Of a stretch of 60,913 nt of DNA, positions 42,701 to 51,866 are shown piece by piece (position 1 is the first letter of the stretch; each line of letters starts with the position of its first letter). This stretch comes from a virus. A program made the translations under genes and the position numbers. Under the pieces are notes generated by a model. It was given only the letters and a program-made list of their open reading frames with translations, ran no database searches and had not been told where the DNA came from. The stretch lies in the IMG/VR virus record IMGVR_UViG_3300025706_000005. The stretch is one strand, 5' to 3'.

Positions 42701-45700
42701 GCTGGCGCTCCGTCGTGGTATCCGGTATCGTCGATGTATCCGGTTGCCCTGGGCTGCGGGTCTGCTGTGGTCATTGTGAAAAAAGCCATTTTCCCTGGGT
42801 AGTTGATGGTGTCAATCCATGAAAAGAGAGCCGGGTTGTAGGTGCCCGGCAGGTCGTCGCGGAAGTTTGTGACCTGCACGTTTCCATCCAGGACACCGAC
42901 GACGTTTCCGTCAATCCAGAATATCCAGCAGGCTCTGTTCTGGTCGTAATAGATGGCCATTTCCGTGGCCGGCGCCATTGTGGCCGGCTCCACGTTGGTC
43001 CAGCCATCAGTCAGATTAAGCCAGGCGCGCGCGACGTTTCCGACAACAAAGTCGAACCTGGCTTCTGTCCGATTAAGAACAATTTTCGTGGTGTCGTTCC
43101 CGATGAAGTCCAGGCCTTCCCATTCGCTGCCATCAGGGATCGGTGGGACAGGCGGAATAACCTCTGGGGTTTCCGGCAGCCGGAAGCCAAACTGGATGGT
43201 CATGTCGCCAGTCAGGGCCTGGTAGGTAGGGACGATAACCGGGTCAACTACGCCGTCAAAGCTCATGGCGCTGCCGGCTACTCCGTCCGGTCCCTGGACC
43301 TGGCTTTCGGGCCCGTCGCCCGTCGCTACGTTCCCGATGCTTCTGTTAAGAAGGGGCTGCCGGCCACGGGACAGCCAGAGTATCTGCTGGGCATATTCCC
43401 GCTGCTGGTTAAGTTCCTGGGTGGACCTGCTGGTCAGAGCCTGGTTCCCTGCCTTGTCCCTGGAGGCATAAATGCGGTCTATCCCGACAATCTGAACCTG
43501 TCCGACGGCCAGGATAAACTCTGTCTGGATGCGGGGGCCCTGGCTCTTCCGGTCAAAGGACACGTCGCCAGGTATCGGAATATTCAGGGTCTGGGCCGTG
43601 TAGATGACGCGGCCATCGTTATAAATCCGGCAATTAACAGCTTGGCCAGTCCGGTAGGTCGGGTTGCCGTCGCCGTCAACGGAGTCTGAAGTTGGACGGA
43701 GATAGATGTGAGCTGTTAGAAATTCCAGTTGCTCGTTCTCCGGGTTTGCCCTGTCTTCCCGGAGAATTATCTGGCCCTGGATTTCGGCTTCATCGGAGTC
43801 GCCTTCCCTGTCAACCCAGACCTCTTCCATGTCGCTGCCTTCGGGCCCGTCAAAGGTGCTTATGTTAAACCATTTTCCTGTTTTCTGGTCCAGGATGGCC
43901 TGAACAAGATAGCCCTTCGCGTTCTCAATCCGTAGGCCTTCGGTGAGAGGCATGGGCATTACCATGTTGGGGCCGCCGTAAATGGCCCAGCCCTGGCCGG
44001 CGCCGTTGGCCACGTCCAGGTCGATATGAAAACAGAGTCCGTTGGCCGGAGTGATTTTGTTGGCAGCGTGTTCCGTTTCCTTCATGGTGCAGTAAATCAG
44101 GTATCCACCATAAGGGTCGTAGCTGGTATAAACAATGCGCGCGATGTTGGTGATGTAGGTCATGATGCCGGCGGCCAGGTTCTTTGAGCCATACTGGCGC
44201 CCGTCGAAAGCCCGGATGGCCGGCTCATGGGTTATCATCACGGACTGGCCAATACCGATGTCCTGCAAGCTGCCTGTGTGGACCAGGCCGATATTGTCCA
44301 GGAGGGCCATGTGCGGCAGCAGGAATATCTTTTCACCGATGTCCGGTGTATCCATGCTGTTGATGGTAGCCATGCTGGAAGCCCAGGTGCTGCGCCTGCA
44401 AAAACAGACAATCCGGTCGGCGTATCGCTTGATGTAGGTGATAACGTCTTCTGTGTTATCGTCCTTCTGCCAGCCAGGGTGATAGTATCCCAGGCGGTGC
44501 TTCTTTCCCAGAGGGACGGCGCCGTAATAAAGGATGGTGCTGTTGTCCGGCGCAACGAAAACAAAGTTGTTCGCCATTTCTCCGATGCTGCTGCTGGGAA
44601 GAGGCTCGTAATACCTGGTCTGGAGAACAAAGTCGTCATCGCTGCCGCGCTGCTTCAGGATTTTATCGGTCACGTTGTCGCGGACGCTGCGGTTGGGAAG
44701 CGGATTGAAAGAGCCATCCTGCTTCTCGTAATCCCAGCCGATTGCCAGGTCTGTGAAATCACCTGTTTCCTGGACCTCGGCTTTATTGTCGCTGATTTTT
44801 CTTACGATATGTCGGAGCGTTCCGTCTTCCAGGAAAATGATTTTTCCTGCGTCGTCGTCGGAAAAAGTGTAGGTGTCGTAGAAGCCTGTTGCCAGCTCGA
44901 TAATGTTTCCGCTTTGGCTTGCCTTTGATATCTTCTGGGCTCCAAAAGCGCAAGGCCCGGACACGTTCAAGGTCGGGGCCGTATCTGCCTGGGCGTAATC
45001 TTCTTCTTCCTCGTAGGAAGGCGCGCCTTCATAGGTGGCGGTGATGTAGTCCATGCGGCCTTCGGAGCCGTCATAAAATCTGAAGTTGCTTCCTACGTCG
45101 GCCTGGTGGAATGGTCCGCCAGACATTTGGCCGGCGTCCGCGCTCCAGAGTGCCGTAAAGGGGCGAATAATCGGAACGTCTTTGTTGAATATCAGCTTCT
45201 CGGTCTTGTTCTTCAGGGCGACGCCGGCAGCTCCAATATCAACTGTGGTCCAGAGGGTGAAGTGCGTGAAGTGGCGCCCGTCGTCCGGGACTGCCATCTC
45301 TCCATAATTCACCGGAGCCTTTGCCTGGCTGGTAAAAACCGCGTGCGGCGTTTCCCCCGTGTAATTCATCCATAAGATGTTAAGCTGCGGGAGTGCGCCT
45401 ACATTGGTCATGTTGTCGCCGGCGTCCGGCGCAATCACGGCCTCGTTTGGATAGGTGCTGGCGTCCGGCTCTTCGATGGTTCCGCCCTCGCCAGGTGAAA
45501 ACTCGATAATCGGATTTCCGGCGTCAGAAACATAATACCGCGCCGTCGCCTTTGGATATTCAACACGGAGAGCCAGCTGCAATCTGTCGGCAACCTCAAA
45601 CATGGTCGTGACGCCTGTGAAGTCCGGCCTGATGTTGGCGGTCTTGGAATTAAAACGGACCTTGAAGCCGTGGGTATTGAGATAGGCTTCCCAGGTCGCC

Positions 45701-46686
45701 GCGTTATTTGAAATATGGTCGGTGCTGTCGTCTTTGCTGGTCAGCCTATAATTCAGTTCGCTGCCCAGGCCTACTGGAAGGCTCGTAAATACCTTCGCCG
45801 TGTCTCGCCTGGTGGTTTCATCGGGCTGGCAGGGTGAGCTTTCCTGGAGCAATTCGCTGCCGGTGCCCAGGCGTCCTTCGTTGAAGTTTCCGCCTACTAT
45901 CCTGGAGAGAGAGTAGATGGCCTGGCGCCCGTAGGTCAGGAGATTTGTTTCTTCAACCTCGTCCAGCAGCAGGCTCGGATTTTCTGCGTTGGTTTTGAAG
46001 TAGTGATTGAAGGGTTTGTTTCGGATAATCCTGAAGATGCCGTTGGCATTGAAGGCCAGAACGTCGTCGTCGCTGGGCCTGAACCTGGTCTGCGATCTGG
46101 CCAGGCCGGCTCCCAGAGAGCCGACAAATAGAACCCTTGAATATCCTGCTCCAAAGTCGATGGTGCTGATTTTATAGAGCGTGTTTCCCAGGTGCAGGTA
46201 GATGGCCTTCGCCTTGTCGTGGTAGAAAGCTCCGAAAGGCTGCTCGATGCAGGTGCAGTTGTCTTCTTCGGCTCTTGTTTCAGAAAAAAGAGACTCAAAG
46301 GTGTCGCCGTCGATTTCAGTCACCTGGTCCAGAAGCCCGTCGCTACTCCACCTGAAAAAATCGCCTACGTTGAGATTGGCAAAGTCTCCAGTCACGGATG
46401 AAGTGACTGTCGTTCCTGCTTTGCTGGCCCGGAAAGTGAACTCAAATTCTTCTTCGTAGATATCGTGCTTTGCCGGCAGCAGGACTGAAGAGAGCTTCTG
46501 ACTGCCGGTCCTGCTTTCGGCATAGCTGCCGTAGGCCACCAGGTTCACCAGGCGGACAACCTCTGCGGCGCCTATCAAAGACGCCGGGTCATCCTCATTC
46601 ATGCCGGAGAAAACATTTTGCTGGAGCCGCACCTGGCGGGTGCTGCTCTGAAGTGTCCTGGGAAAAGCCAGTTCTCTTTGGCTCAT
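42697..46686 (-). CDS. Large tail structural protein, 1,329 aa (nozzle / tail-tubular-B-like by size and position)
   Basis: Long ORF directly after the adaptor-like gene, in a T7-like gene order. I recognised no enzymatic motif. Confidence 0.6.
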   Translation of the reverse strand: MSQRELAFPRTLQSSTRQVRLQQNVFSGMNEDDPASLIGAAEVVRLVNLVAYGSYAESRTGSQKLSSVLLPAKHDIYEEEFEFTFRASKAGTTVTSSVTGDFANLNVGDFFRWSSDGLLDQVTEIDGDTFESLFSETRAEEDNCTCIEQPFGAFYHDKAKAIYLHLGNTLYKISTIDFGAGYSRVLFVGSLGAGLARSQTRFRPSDDDVLAFNANGIFRIIRNKPFNHYFKTNAENPSLLLDEVEETNLLTYGRQAIYSLSRIVGGNFNEGRLGTGSELLQESSPCQPDETTRRDTAKVFTSLPVGLGSELNYRLTSKDDSTDHISNNAATWEAYLNTHGFKVRFNSKTANIRPDFTGVTTMFEVADRLQLALRVEYPKATARYYVSDAGNPIIEFSPGEGGTIEEPDASTYPNEAVIAPDAGDNMTNVGALPQLNILWMNYTGETPHAVFTSQAKAPVNYGEMAVPDDGRHFTHFTLWTTVDIGAAGVALKNKTEKLIFNKDVPIIRPFTALWSADAGQMSGGPFHQADVGSNFRFYDGSEGRMDYITATYEGAPSYEEEEDYAQADTAPTLNVSGPCAFGAQKISKASQSGNIIELATGFYDTYTFSDDDAGKIIFLEDGTLRHIVRKISDNKAEVQETGDFTDLAIGWDYEKQDGSFNPLPNRSVRDNVTDKILKQRGSDDDFVLQTRYYEPLPSSSIGEMANNFVFVAPDNSTILYYGAVPLGKKHRLGYYHPGWQKDDNTEDVITYIKRYADRIVCFCRRSTWASSMATINSMDTPDIGEKIFLLPHMALLDNIGLVHTGSLQDIGIGQSVMITHEPAIRAFDGRQYGSKNLAAGIMTYITNIARIVYTSYDPYGGYLIYCTMKETEHAANKITPANGLCFHIDLDVANGAGQGWAIYGGPNMVMPMPLTEGLRIENAKGYLVQAILDQKTGKWFNISTFDGPEGSDMEEVWVDREGDSDEAEIQGQIILREDRANPENEQLEFLTAHIYLRPTSDSVDGDGNPTYRTGQAVNCRIYNDGRVIYTAQTLNIPIPGDVSFDRKSQGPRIQTEFILAVGQVQIVGIDRIYASRDKAGNQALTSRSTQELNQQREYAQQILWLSRGRQPLLNRSIGNVATGDGPESQVQGPDGVAGSAMSFDGVVDPVIVPTYQALTGDMTIQFGFRLPETPEVIPPVPPIPDGSEWEGLDFIGNDTTKIVLNRTEARFDFVVGNVARAWLNLTDGWTNVEPATMAPATEMAIYYDQNRACWIFWIDGNVVGVLDGNVQVTNFRDDLPGTYNPALFSWIDTINYPGKMAFFTMTTADPQPRATGYIDDTGYHDGAPA

Positions 46687-47384
46687 TAGAGAAGCCTCGG
46701 CGGCGTGTTTCTCTGCTTCCCTTCGTGGTTGGCTTCGTTGCCCTGGGCCCAGAACCGGATGCAGGCGTCGTTTGCAAAGGCCGTCCAGCGGTCGCTGCGG
46801 CCATAATCGGCTCGTTCAATCAAAGCCAGGACACCTTCAATCAGGTCCGGCTCCCATTGCTCCTCCACCATCAGCGGAATGGTGTCTTCGGTAAGGCGCA
46901 ACGGCTCCAGCAGAACCTTCATTCGGTATCTGGTTGCGTAGCTGCCAGGGTTTGTGGAAAAAACCACCTTTGCCTTGTTGCTTTCGGTGGCCGGAATGAG
47001 GGTGCAATTCAGGATGATGCGGTCGGGCCGGACCTCTCCTACACCCTCAAACCCTGGCCGCAACGGGTCCAGCATGAGCGTCTGGTATTCGCTGACGGCT
47101 CCATTTGGAATGTAAATCTCCAGGGCCCTCGCCATGCGAATTGTCCTGGGGATGCCGTCGATGGTCATTGAAATATCGGCCAGCTCATACTCATACTGAT
47201 TTTCCGTTGTGACCAGGTAGGGGTGCTTCCCCGTGGTGCCGTCGATGCGGACTGTCTGGTTGCAGGCCTTTGAAAACATGAACTTTTGGCATTGGTCCAG
47301 CTTCTGAAGGATGGCTGAAGAGCCATCCCTCGCCCAGCCAGGCGCCTTCAGTTTGATTTCATCGACGACTGTTTGTGTTGACAC
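46686..47384 (-). CDS. Head-to-tail adaptor / tail-tubular-A-like protein, 232 aa (assigned by position)
   Basis: Lies between the capsid block and the 1,329-aa protein. Its stop overlaps the next start. Confidence 0.45.
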   Translation of the reverse strand: MSTQTVVDEIKLKAPGWARDGSSAILQKLDQCQKFMFSKACNQTVRIDGTTGKHPYLVTTENQYEYELADISMTIDGIPRTIRMARALEIYIPNGAVSEYQTLMLDPLRPGFEGVGEVRPDRIILNCTLIPATESNKAKVVFSTNPGSYATRYRMKVLLEPLRLTEDTIPLMVEEQWEPDLIEGVLALIERADYGRSDRWTAFANDACIRFWAQGNEANHEGKQRNTPPRLL

Positions 47385-47397
47385 GGGGTTTTCTCCA

Positions 47398-48219
47398 TTA
47401 TTTCACCAGGGCTTCTTCACCTTCCGGCTCTTCCACCGGGGGCTTCTCTGCGCCCAGGCCGGCCAGCTTCATCAGCTCGGCCTTTATTTGCTCAATTTCA
47501 GGTTTGATGACCTGCTTGTATTCGGCCAGGCCCTTGTAGCCCTGGGGGCTCTTCTTCTTCATGAAGTCGATTAAGGCCGCATACTTGGTCATGACCTGGT
47601 TTTCAGCCATTTCCTCGGCTTCGTCAATTGTATTGGGAATGGCGCCCGTGGGCAGCTGGGGCTCTTTGGCAGGCGCTCCATCAGAGATCGCTGAAGGCTC
47701 CTGCGGGGCCGCCGGTTTGACCTGGGCCTGGATAGGCGGTTTCTCTGCGCCTTTGGTCTTCAGGCTGTCCAGGTGGCGCTGGAAGGCGCTGTTGTCGCGC
47801 GCCGGCTTGATGCCCAGGTAGTCCGCGCGCTCTTTCACCCTGGCGATGGCCTGGGCCTGCGGAATGGTGCCCTCGGGCGTCAGGATTTCCATGAGAACGA
47901 ATTGGTTGGAATAGAAGTGCGTGGCAATCACGTCGAAATTGCGGCGGGTGCCGGGGACATAGGCCGTTGCTACGCCTTCTTCGTTGGGCTCAAACATGGT
48001 GTAGCTGCAAGGGTGCATATTCAGGCGGTAGTTGACCTCCATCGAATTGGGGGATTTGTAGGTTTCTACCCTGATGTCGTCGAACCCGTGAATGGGAAGC
48101 GGATACTCCGTAATGACGCGGAGCCGGAGAACAAAGATGTCGTATCCGCGTTCCAGAAGCATTTTGACCTGCTTCTCGCGGGTAGTTTCTTTGTTTCCGA
48201 TGTTGATTGTAGGCTTCAT
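47398..48219 (-). CDS. Hypothetical head-associated protein, 273 aa
   Basis: Immediately downstream of the major capsid gene. Two-domain layout with a Pro/Ala-rich linker. Confidence 0.55.
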   Translation of the reverse strand: MKPTINIGNKETTREKQVKMLLERGYDIFVLRLRVITEYPLPIHGFDDIRVETYKSPNSMEVNYRLNMHPCSYTMFEPNEEGVATAYVPGTRRNFDVIATHFYSNQFVLMEILTPEGTIPQAQAIARVKERADYLGIKPARDNSAFQRHLDSLKTKGAEKPPIQAQVKPAAPQEPSAISDGAPAKEPQLPTGAIPNTIDEAEEMAENQVMTKYAALIDFMKKKSPQGYKGLAEYKQVIKPEIEQIKAELMKLAGLGAEKPPVEEPEGEEALVK

Positions 48220-48298
48220 TTTTTGCCTTCCTTTTGGTTTATGGTCGTTAAAAACTGGGCCTGGATTTCTCCAGGCCCAGTCGCTTTTCCTTCACCGA

Positions 48299-49741
48299 TT
48301 AGGTGTGGGTAACAAGCTGCGGGGTCGTCATGAGGACGACGCAAGAGCTGTTCTGCTGATAGGACGTGTCGGACTGGCCCGGCCCATAAGCATTGAGAGC
48401 GTCTTCGTCGAACTTGACCAGCTGGATGCCGGCCATCTGATAGGCGCCCTTGCCCTGGAACTTGCCGTATTCGGTCTGTTCCGTGGCATACTTCAGGTCG
48501 TTGGCAACCCATTCCACCAGGGCACCTTTGCCCAGCACGAACCCTACCTGGAACACCTTATTGGTGCTTTCGGAGTAGGCGCGCTTGTTCCGGCCATCGG
48601 CGCGTCCGGGGGCCAGGAAGCCAGGGGTCAGGGTCGGAGTGACGGAAGTGCCGCCGACTGTCAGCGTCGGATACCTGCTGTCCTTCACCAGAACCAGGTT
48701 GTTCACACGGCCCAGGACGGCAGGAATATCCTGCTCCTTCTTGGACAGCGCGCTCACGTCCTTCCAAATGTCGCCCAGCTTGCTGTTCGTGGTCGAAAAG
48801 CCGGAGAGCCAGACGGCGGTGGTGGAGGGAATGAGGAAGATGTAGGACGGCTGCCCGTCAATCATCAGAGGGTCGAGCAAAAGCTCGTCCTCGACATAGT
48901 TGGACAGCGCCAGGAGCATTTCGACTGTCAGGTTCATCTTCGCCGGCGCGTCGAAGGGGTCGGTGCCGGTCGTGGCGGCAGCCAGCGCGTCGTAGATGTT
49001 CTGGACGAAATAGTTTTTCCCGGCAGGCTCGGTGTAATGGCCTTTGTAATCCGCGCCGGAGATTTCGCCGTAGCGGTTGTGGGGCCAAACGCCGTCGTCT
49101 TCGGCAGTCGCCGCGCTCCGCCCTTCAGCGTCGGTATAGTCACCCGTGTCGGTCTGGATGCGTTCATACTTCGGCTGGTTGGCGAACTCGGTATTCGTGA
49201 CGAAGATGTTGGGGTTAAACATCTGATGAAGGTTGATGGGGTCCTTCGTCAGCTCCGACGCATAGGTCAGAAGCAGCGCCTCCCGGATGCGGCGTCCACG
49301 GAGTTCCGCGAAATACCGCGTCATGAGGGGCGTAATCTGCCCGTAAACGTCGAGGTAGGAAAGGTCATTGAAGTCAACACCCCAGCCGAAACTGGCAACG
49401 CTTTTCTTGATCTCGTTGTAGTAAACGGTCAGGTGCTTGAGCTTCAGGTTCTCTTCGCTGCCCAGCATGTTTTCGCTGGTGCCCATCTGCGGGGCGCCGG
49501 ACAGAGATTTGAGAAGCGGAATGGTGACGGAGTGCGCGCCTTTGGGCGGCGTATCCATCTTCAGGAAGACGGCCTCGGGGACCATCGTGCCTTTGGGATC
49601 GGTGCGGATTTCACCGGAGAGCTTCTCAAACACGTCGTAGAGAATACTCTCGGTGCGGAGCGTTTTGTTGTAGGCTTTGACCTTCAGGGCGGCGGCCTTC
49701 ATCGCGTCGAGGCCCTGGGGTGCGGCGGGAACGTATGCCAT
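48299..49741 (-). CDS. Major capsid protein, 480 aa
   Basis: Position after the scaffold gene, appropriate size, strong RBS context, no low-complexity sequence. Fold not verified. Confidence 0.7.
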   Translation of the reverse strand: MAYVPAAPQGLDAMKAAALKVKAYNKTLRTESILYDVFEKLSGEIRTDPKGTMVPEAVFLKMDTPPKGAHSVTIPLLKSLSGAPQMGTSENMLGSEENLKLKHLTVYYNEIKKSVASFGWGVDFNDLSYLDVYGQITPLMTRYFAELRGRRIREALLLTYASELTKDPINLHQMFNPNIFVTNTEFANQPKYERIQTDTGDYTDAEGRSAATAEDDGVWPHNRYGEISGADYKGHYTEPAGKNYFVQNIYDALAAATTGTDPFDAPAKMNLTVEMLLALSNYVEDELLLDPLMIDGQPSYIFLIPSTTAVWLSGFSTTNSKLGDIWKDVSALSKKEQDIPAVLGRVNNLVLVKDSRYPTLTVGGTSVTPTLTPGFLAPGRADGRNKRAYSESTNKVFQVGFVLGKGALVEWVANDLKYATEQTEYGKFQGKGAYQMAGIQLVKFDEDALNAYGPGQSDTSYQQNSSCVVLMTTPQLVTHT

Positions 49742-49771
49742 GAGAAAACCTCGTTTGGTTGAGTTTTTTGG

Positions 49772-51151
49772 TTAGAGTAGAGCGTCCCTCTGGCCGTTGA
49801 CGTTCAAAGCCGGCAGATTTATTTTCTGGTAAACCGCGTCCAGGAGTTTCTTCTTGGACGGGTTCGCCCGGAGCTGGTCAGGCGTCATTCTGAAAAGCTC
49901 GTCAATCTGCTCGTCGGACAGGTCATCCACGCTGTCGCCCTTCCCTGAAGCTCCGGGCGGGATTTCGGTCGCTTCTCCGCTTTTCAGCTTTTCAGCTTCA
50001 AGACGGATGCGCTCTTTATCCTGCGCCTTCTTCTCTTCGGGTGAGAGTTCTTTTCGCGGGTCCGCTGCCGGCGGTGCGGCTCTCCCGGCCTGGACGTAAA
50101 GGTCGGGATACGTCATTCTGAAGGCTTCGTCAAGGGTAGCGTGCCTCGGCTGTTTTGCGCCTCTGTCGATTAACAAGTGATTTCCTGCCGCTTCCCGGAT
50201 GATCATTACGCGGAGATAGGGCTCCAGTTCTTCCGGTGCCTTAACGCCGGCCTTTTCCGCCGCTGCCCTTAATACGTTGCCGTCCTCTCCTTTGTCACGG
50301 AGAAAGACGCTGACGAATTTCAAGGCGTCGTCGTCGTTGGTGGCGCCGGTCACGGCCTTGATGCCCTGAACGAATTTCCCGTAGTCGCGGTCAATCTCGT
50401 CGATGGGCCTCTTGGTCTGAAGGGCTGGGTGCTGCGCCTGAAAGGCCCGTAGCTCGTCCAGCTCTCTGCTGATGCGAACTCGGTCCTGTTCCTGCTGCTT
50501 GGTCTGATTGACGACTGTTCGCAACTCCGCCAGCTCCTTCTCCATCTGGTCCATGCGCTGAATTTTCTTCAGCTGTTCCTTCATGAAGTCGGGGTCGTAG
50601 AGCTTCGCGTCGTCAATTTCTCCGGCGGCTGATGCACGTTGCTGGGCTTCGGTGGCCGCGCGCTGGCGCTCCTCCTTCTCCCTGTTCAACTGCTGCTCCA
50701 GCTCTGTAATGCGGTGGTCGCGCTGCTTAACCTGGTCTTGAACGCGGTCGATATAGGCCTGCTTTTCCTTCAGGCTCTTAAACACCTTTCCAGGTGTGTC
50801 GAACCCTTCCGGTAATTCGCCGGCTTTTATCGTGAATACCTTGTTCTCTCCGGTGTCCGCCGCTGCGTCCGGTTTCGCGGCAGGCGCCTGGCCTGGCTGG
50901 TTTGCGGGGGTCGAGGCAGGTTGGCCGCTGGCCGCTGGAGCCGCTGGGGCTCCGGCTTTTGAACCTGCATCCGCGTCGCCATTGGGCTTGGCACCCTTGT
51001 CAACAATCCGGCCTTCGGCGTAGGCCTTCGCAAAAGCATCATCTTCGTCGATGCGTTTTGAAATGGCGTCCGCGTCCAGTCCGGTGATGTCGGCTTCAAC
51101 GATTGCCGATTTGACTTGCCCTTCATCAACTTGGGCTTCACTTGTAGGCAT
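49772..51151 (-). CDS. Scaffolding protein, 459 aa
   Basis: Ala/Pro-rich N-terminus and a long charged coiled coil (RITELEQQLNREKEERQRAATEAQQR ...). Lies between the portal and capsid genes. Confidence 0.6.
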   Translation of the reverse strand: MPTSEAQVDEGQVKSAIVEADITGLDADAISKRIDEDDAFAKAYAEGRIVDKGAKPNGDADAGSKAGAPAAPAASGQPASTPANQPGQAPAAKPDAAADTGENKVFTIKAGELPEGFDTPGKVFKSLKEKQAYIDRVQDQVKQRDHRITELEQQLNREKEERQRAATEAQQRASAAGEIDDAKLYDPDFMKEQLKKIQRMDQMEKELAELRTVVNQTKQQEQDRVRISRELDELRAFQAQHPALQTKRPIDEIDRDYGKFVQGIKAVTGATNDDDALKFVSVFLRDKGEDGNVLRAAAEKAGVKAPEELEPYLRVMIIREAAGNHLLIDRGAKQPRHATLDEAFRMTYPDLYVQAGRAAPPAADPRKELSPEEKKAQDKERIRLEAEKLKSGEATEIPPGASGKGDSVDDLSDEQIDELFRMTPDQLRANPSKKKLLDAVYQKINLPALNVNGQRDALL

Positions 51152-51173
51152 TACTATCCTCCCTTTGCGGCTC

Positions 51174-51236
51174 TGCGGGGGTAATCCGCGTCGGCCAGTT
51201 TATTGATTTGGCGTCTTTGCGGGGGTGGTCCGCGTC
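51174..51236. repeat. Imperfect 19-nt direct repeat pair in the gap before the scaffold gene
   Basis: TGCGGGGGTAATCCGCGTC (51174-51192) and TGCGGGGGTGGTCCGCGTC (51218-51236). Each contains GCGG-N7-CCGC. Confidence 0.6.
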
Positions 51237-51855
51237 AGACAACCACTTCTTCGGTGTTCATTGCTTCCGGGCCGATAACCTGGTCAGGGCGGTTTTCGTA
51301 GTCCGCGCTGTTCTCGGCTTCGGCCAGGATATTTTCGATGCTCACTACCAGGTCCCTGGCGTCGCCCAGCATTTCCTTCAGGGCGCGCATAAGCTCCGGG
51401 TCGCCGGCCTGCATGGCCTCTTCCCTGGTGGCTTCGACGGAAGAAACAAAGTCCTTCGCCTCCTGGAGAAACTGCTCTTTGGCGGAAGGGTCAGAGCTGC
51501 CGGCGATCTCCTGGATGCGGTTGGCCAGGTCATTTCCCCTGTCCACCAGGTCCTGTTTTACGCCAGCCTCGACGTAGCTGTCGAAAGCTCCTGTCTTTTC
51601 CATGTCTTCTCCTTCGGGCGCTTCCATCGCCTCGCCAGGTTCTTCAGTTTCAACGGGTCCGCCTTCCTGGTAGCCGGGACCTGCCGGTTTCGCTTCCTGG
51701 GGAACGCCTTGCGCGTCCAGGACCACTACGTAAGTGAGATTTGGGTCGTAGGTGCCCTGCTTTATCGCCGGGCCCACGGGTTTCAGATTATTCAGTTTTT
51801 CGCCCTTCATTCGGACGACTCCGGCTTCCTTCCCTGCGGTCATCATGTCGGCCAT
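51235..51855 (-). CDS. Acidic head-module protein, 206 aa
   Basis: Lies between the portal and scaffold genes. Very acidic and contains a PGYQEGG motif. Confidence 0.55.
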   Translation of the reverse strand: MADMMTAGKEAGVVRMKGEKLNNLKPVGPAIKQGTYDPNLTYVVVLDAQGVPQEAKPAGPGYQEGGPVETEEPGEAMEAPEGEDMEKTGAFDSYVEAGVKQDLVDRGNDLANRIQEIAGSSDPSAKEQFLQEAKDFVSSVEATREEAMQAGDPELMRALKEMLGDARDLVVSIENILAEAENSADYENRPDQVIGPEAMNTEEVVV

Positions 51856-51866
51856 ATTCGCTCCTT

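Noticed and set aside
48092-49762. Long plus-strand ORFs: 48092..49762 (556 aa), 4386..5711 (441 aa), 27548..28888 (446 aa), 18299..19426 (375 aa), 33790..34791 (333 aa) and many shorter ones.
   Set aside because: Each lies antisense to a strongly supported minus-strand gene (capsid, giant ORF and others). Their translations are Arg/Gly/Leu/Val-rich and low in complexity, they lack RBS-like sequences, and no plus-strand operon logic exists. They are typical shadow ORFs of GC-biased coding DNA.
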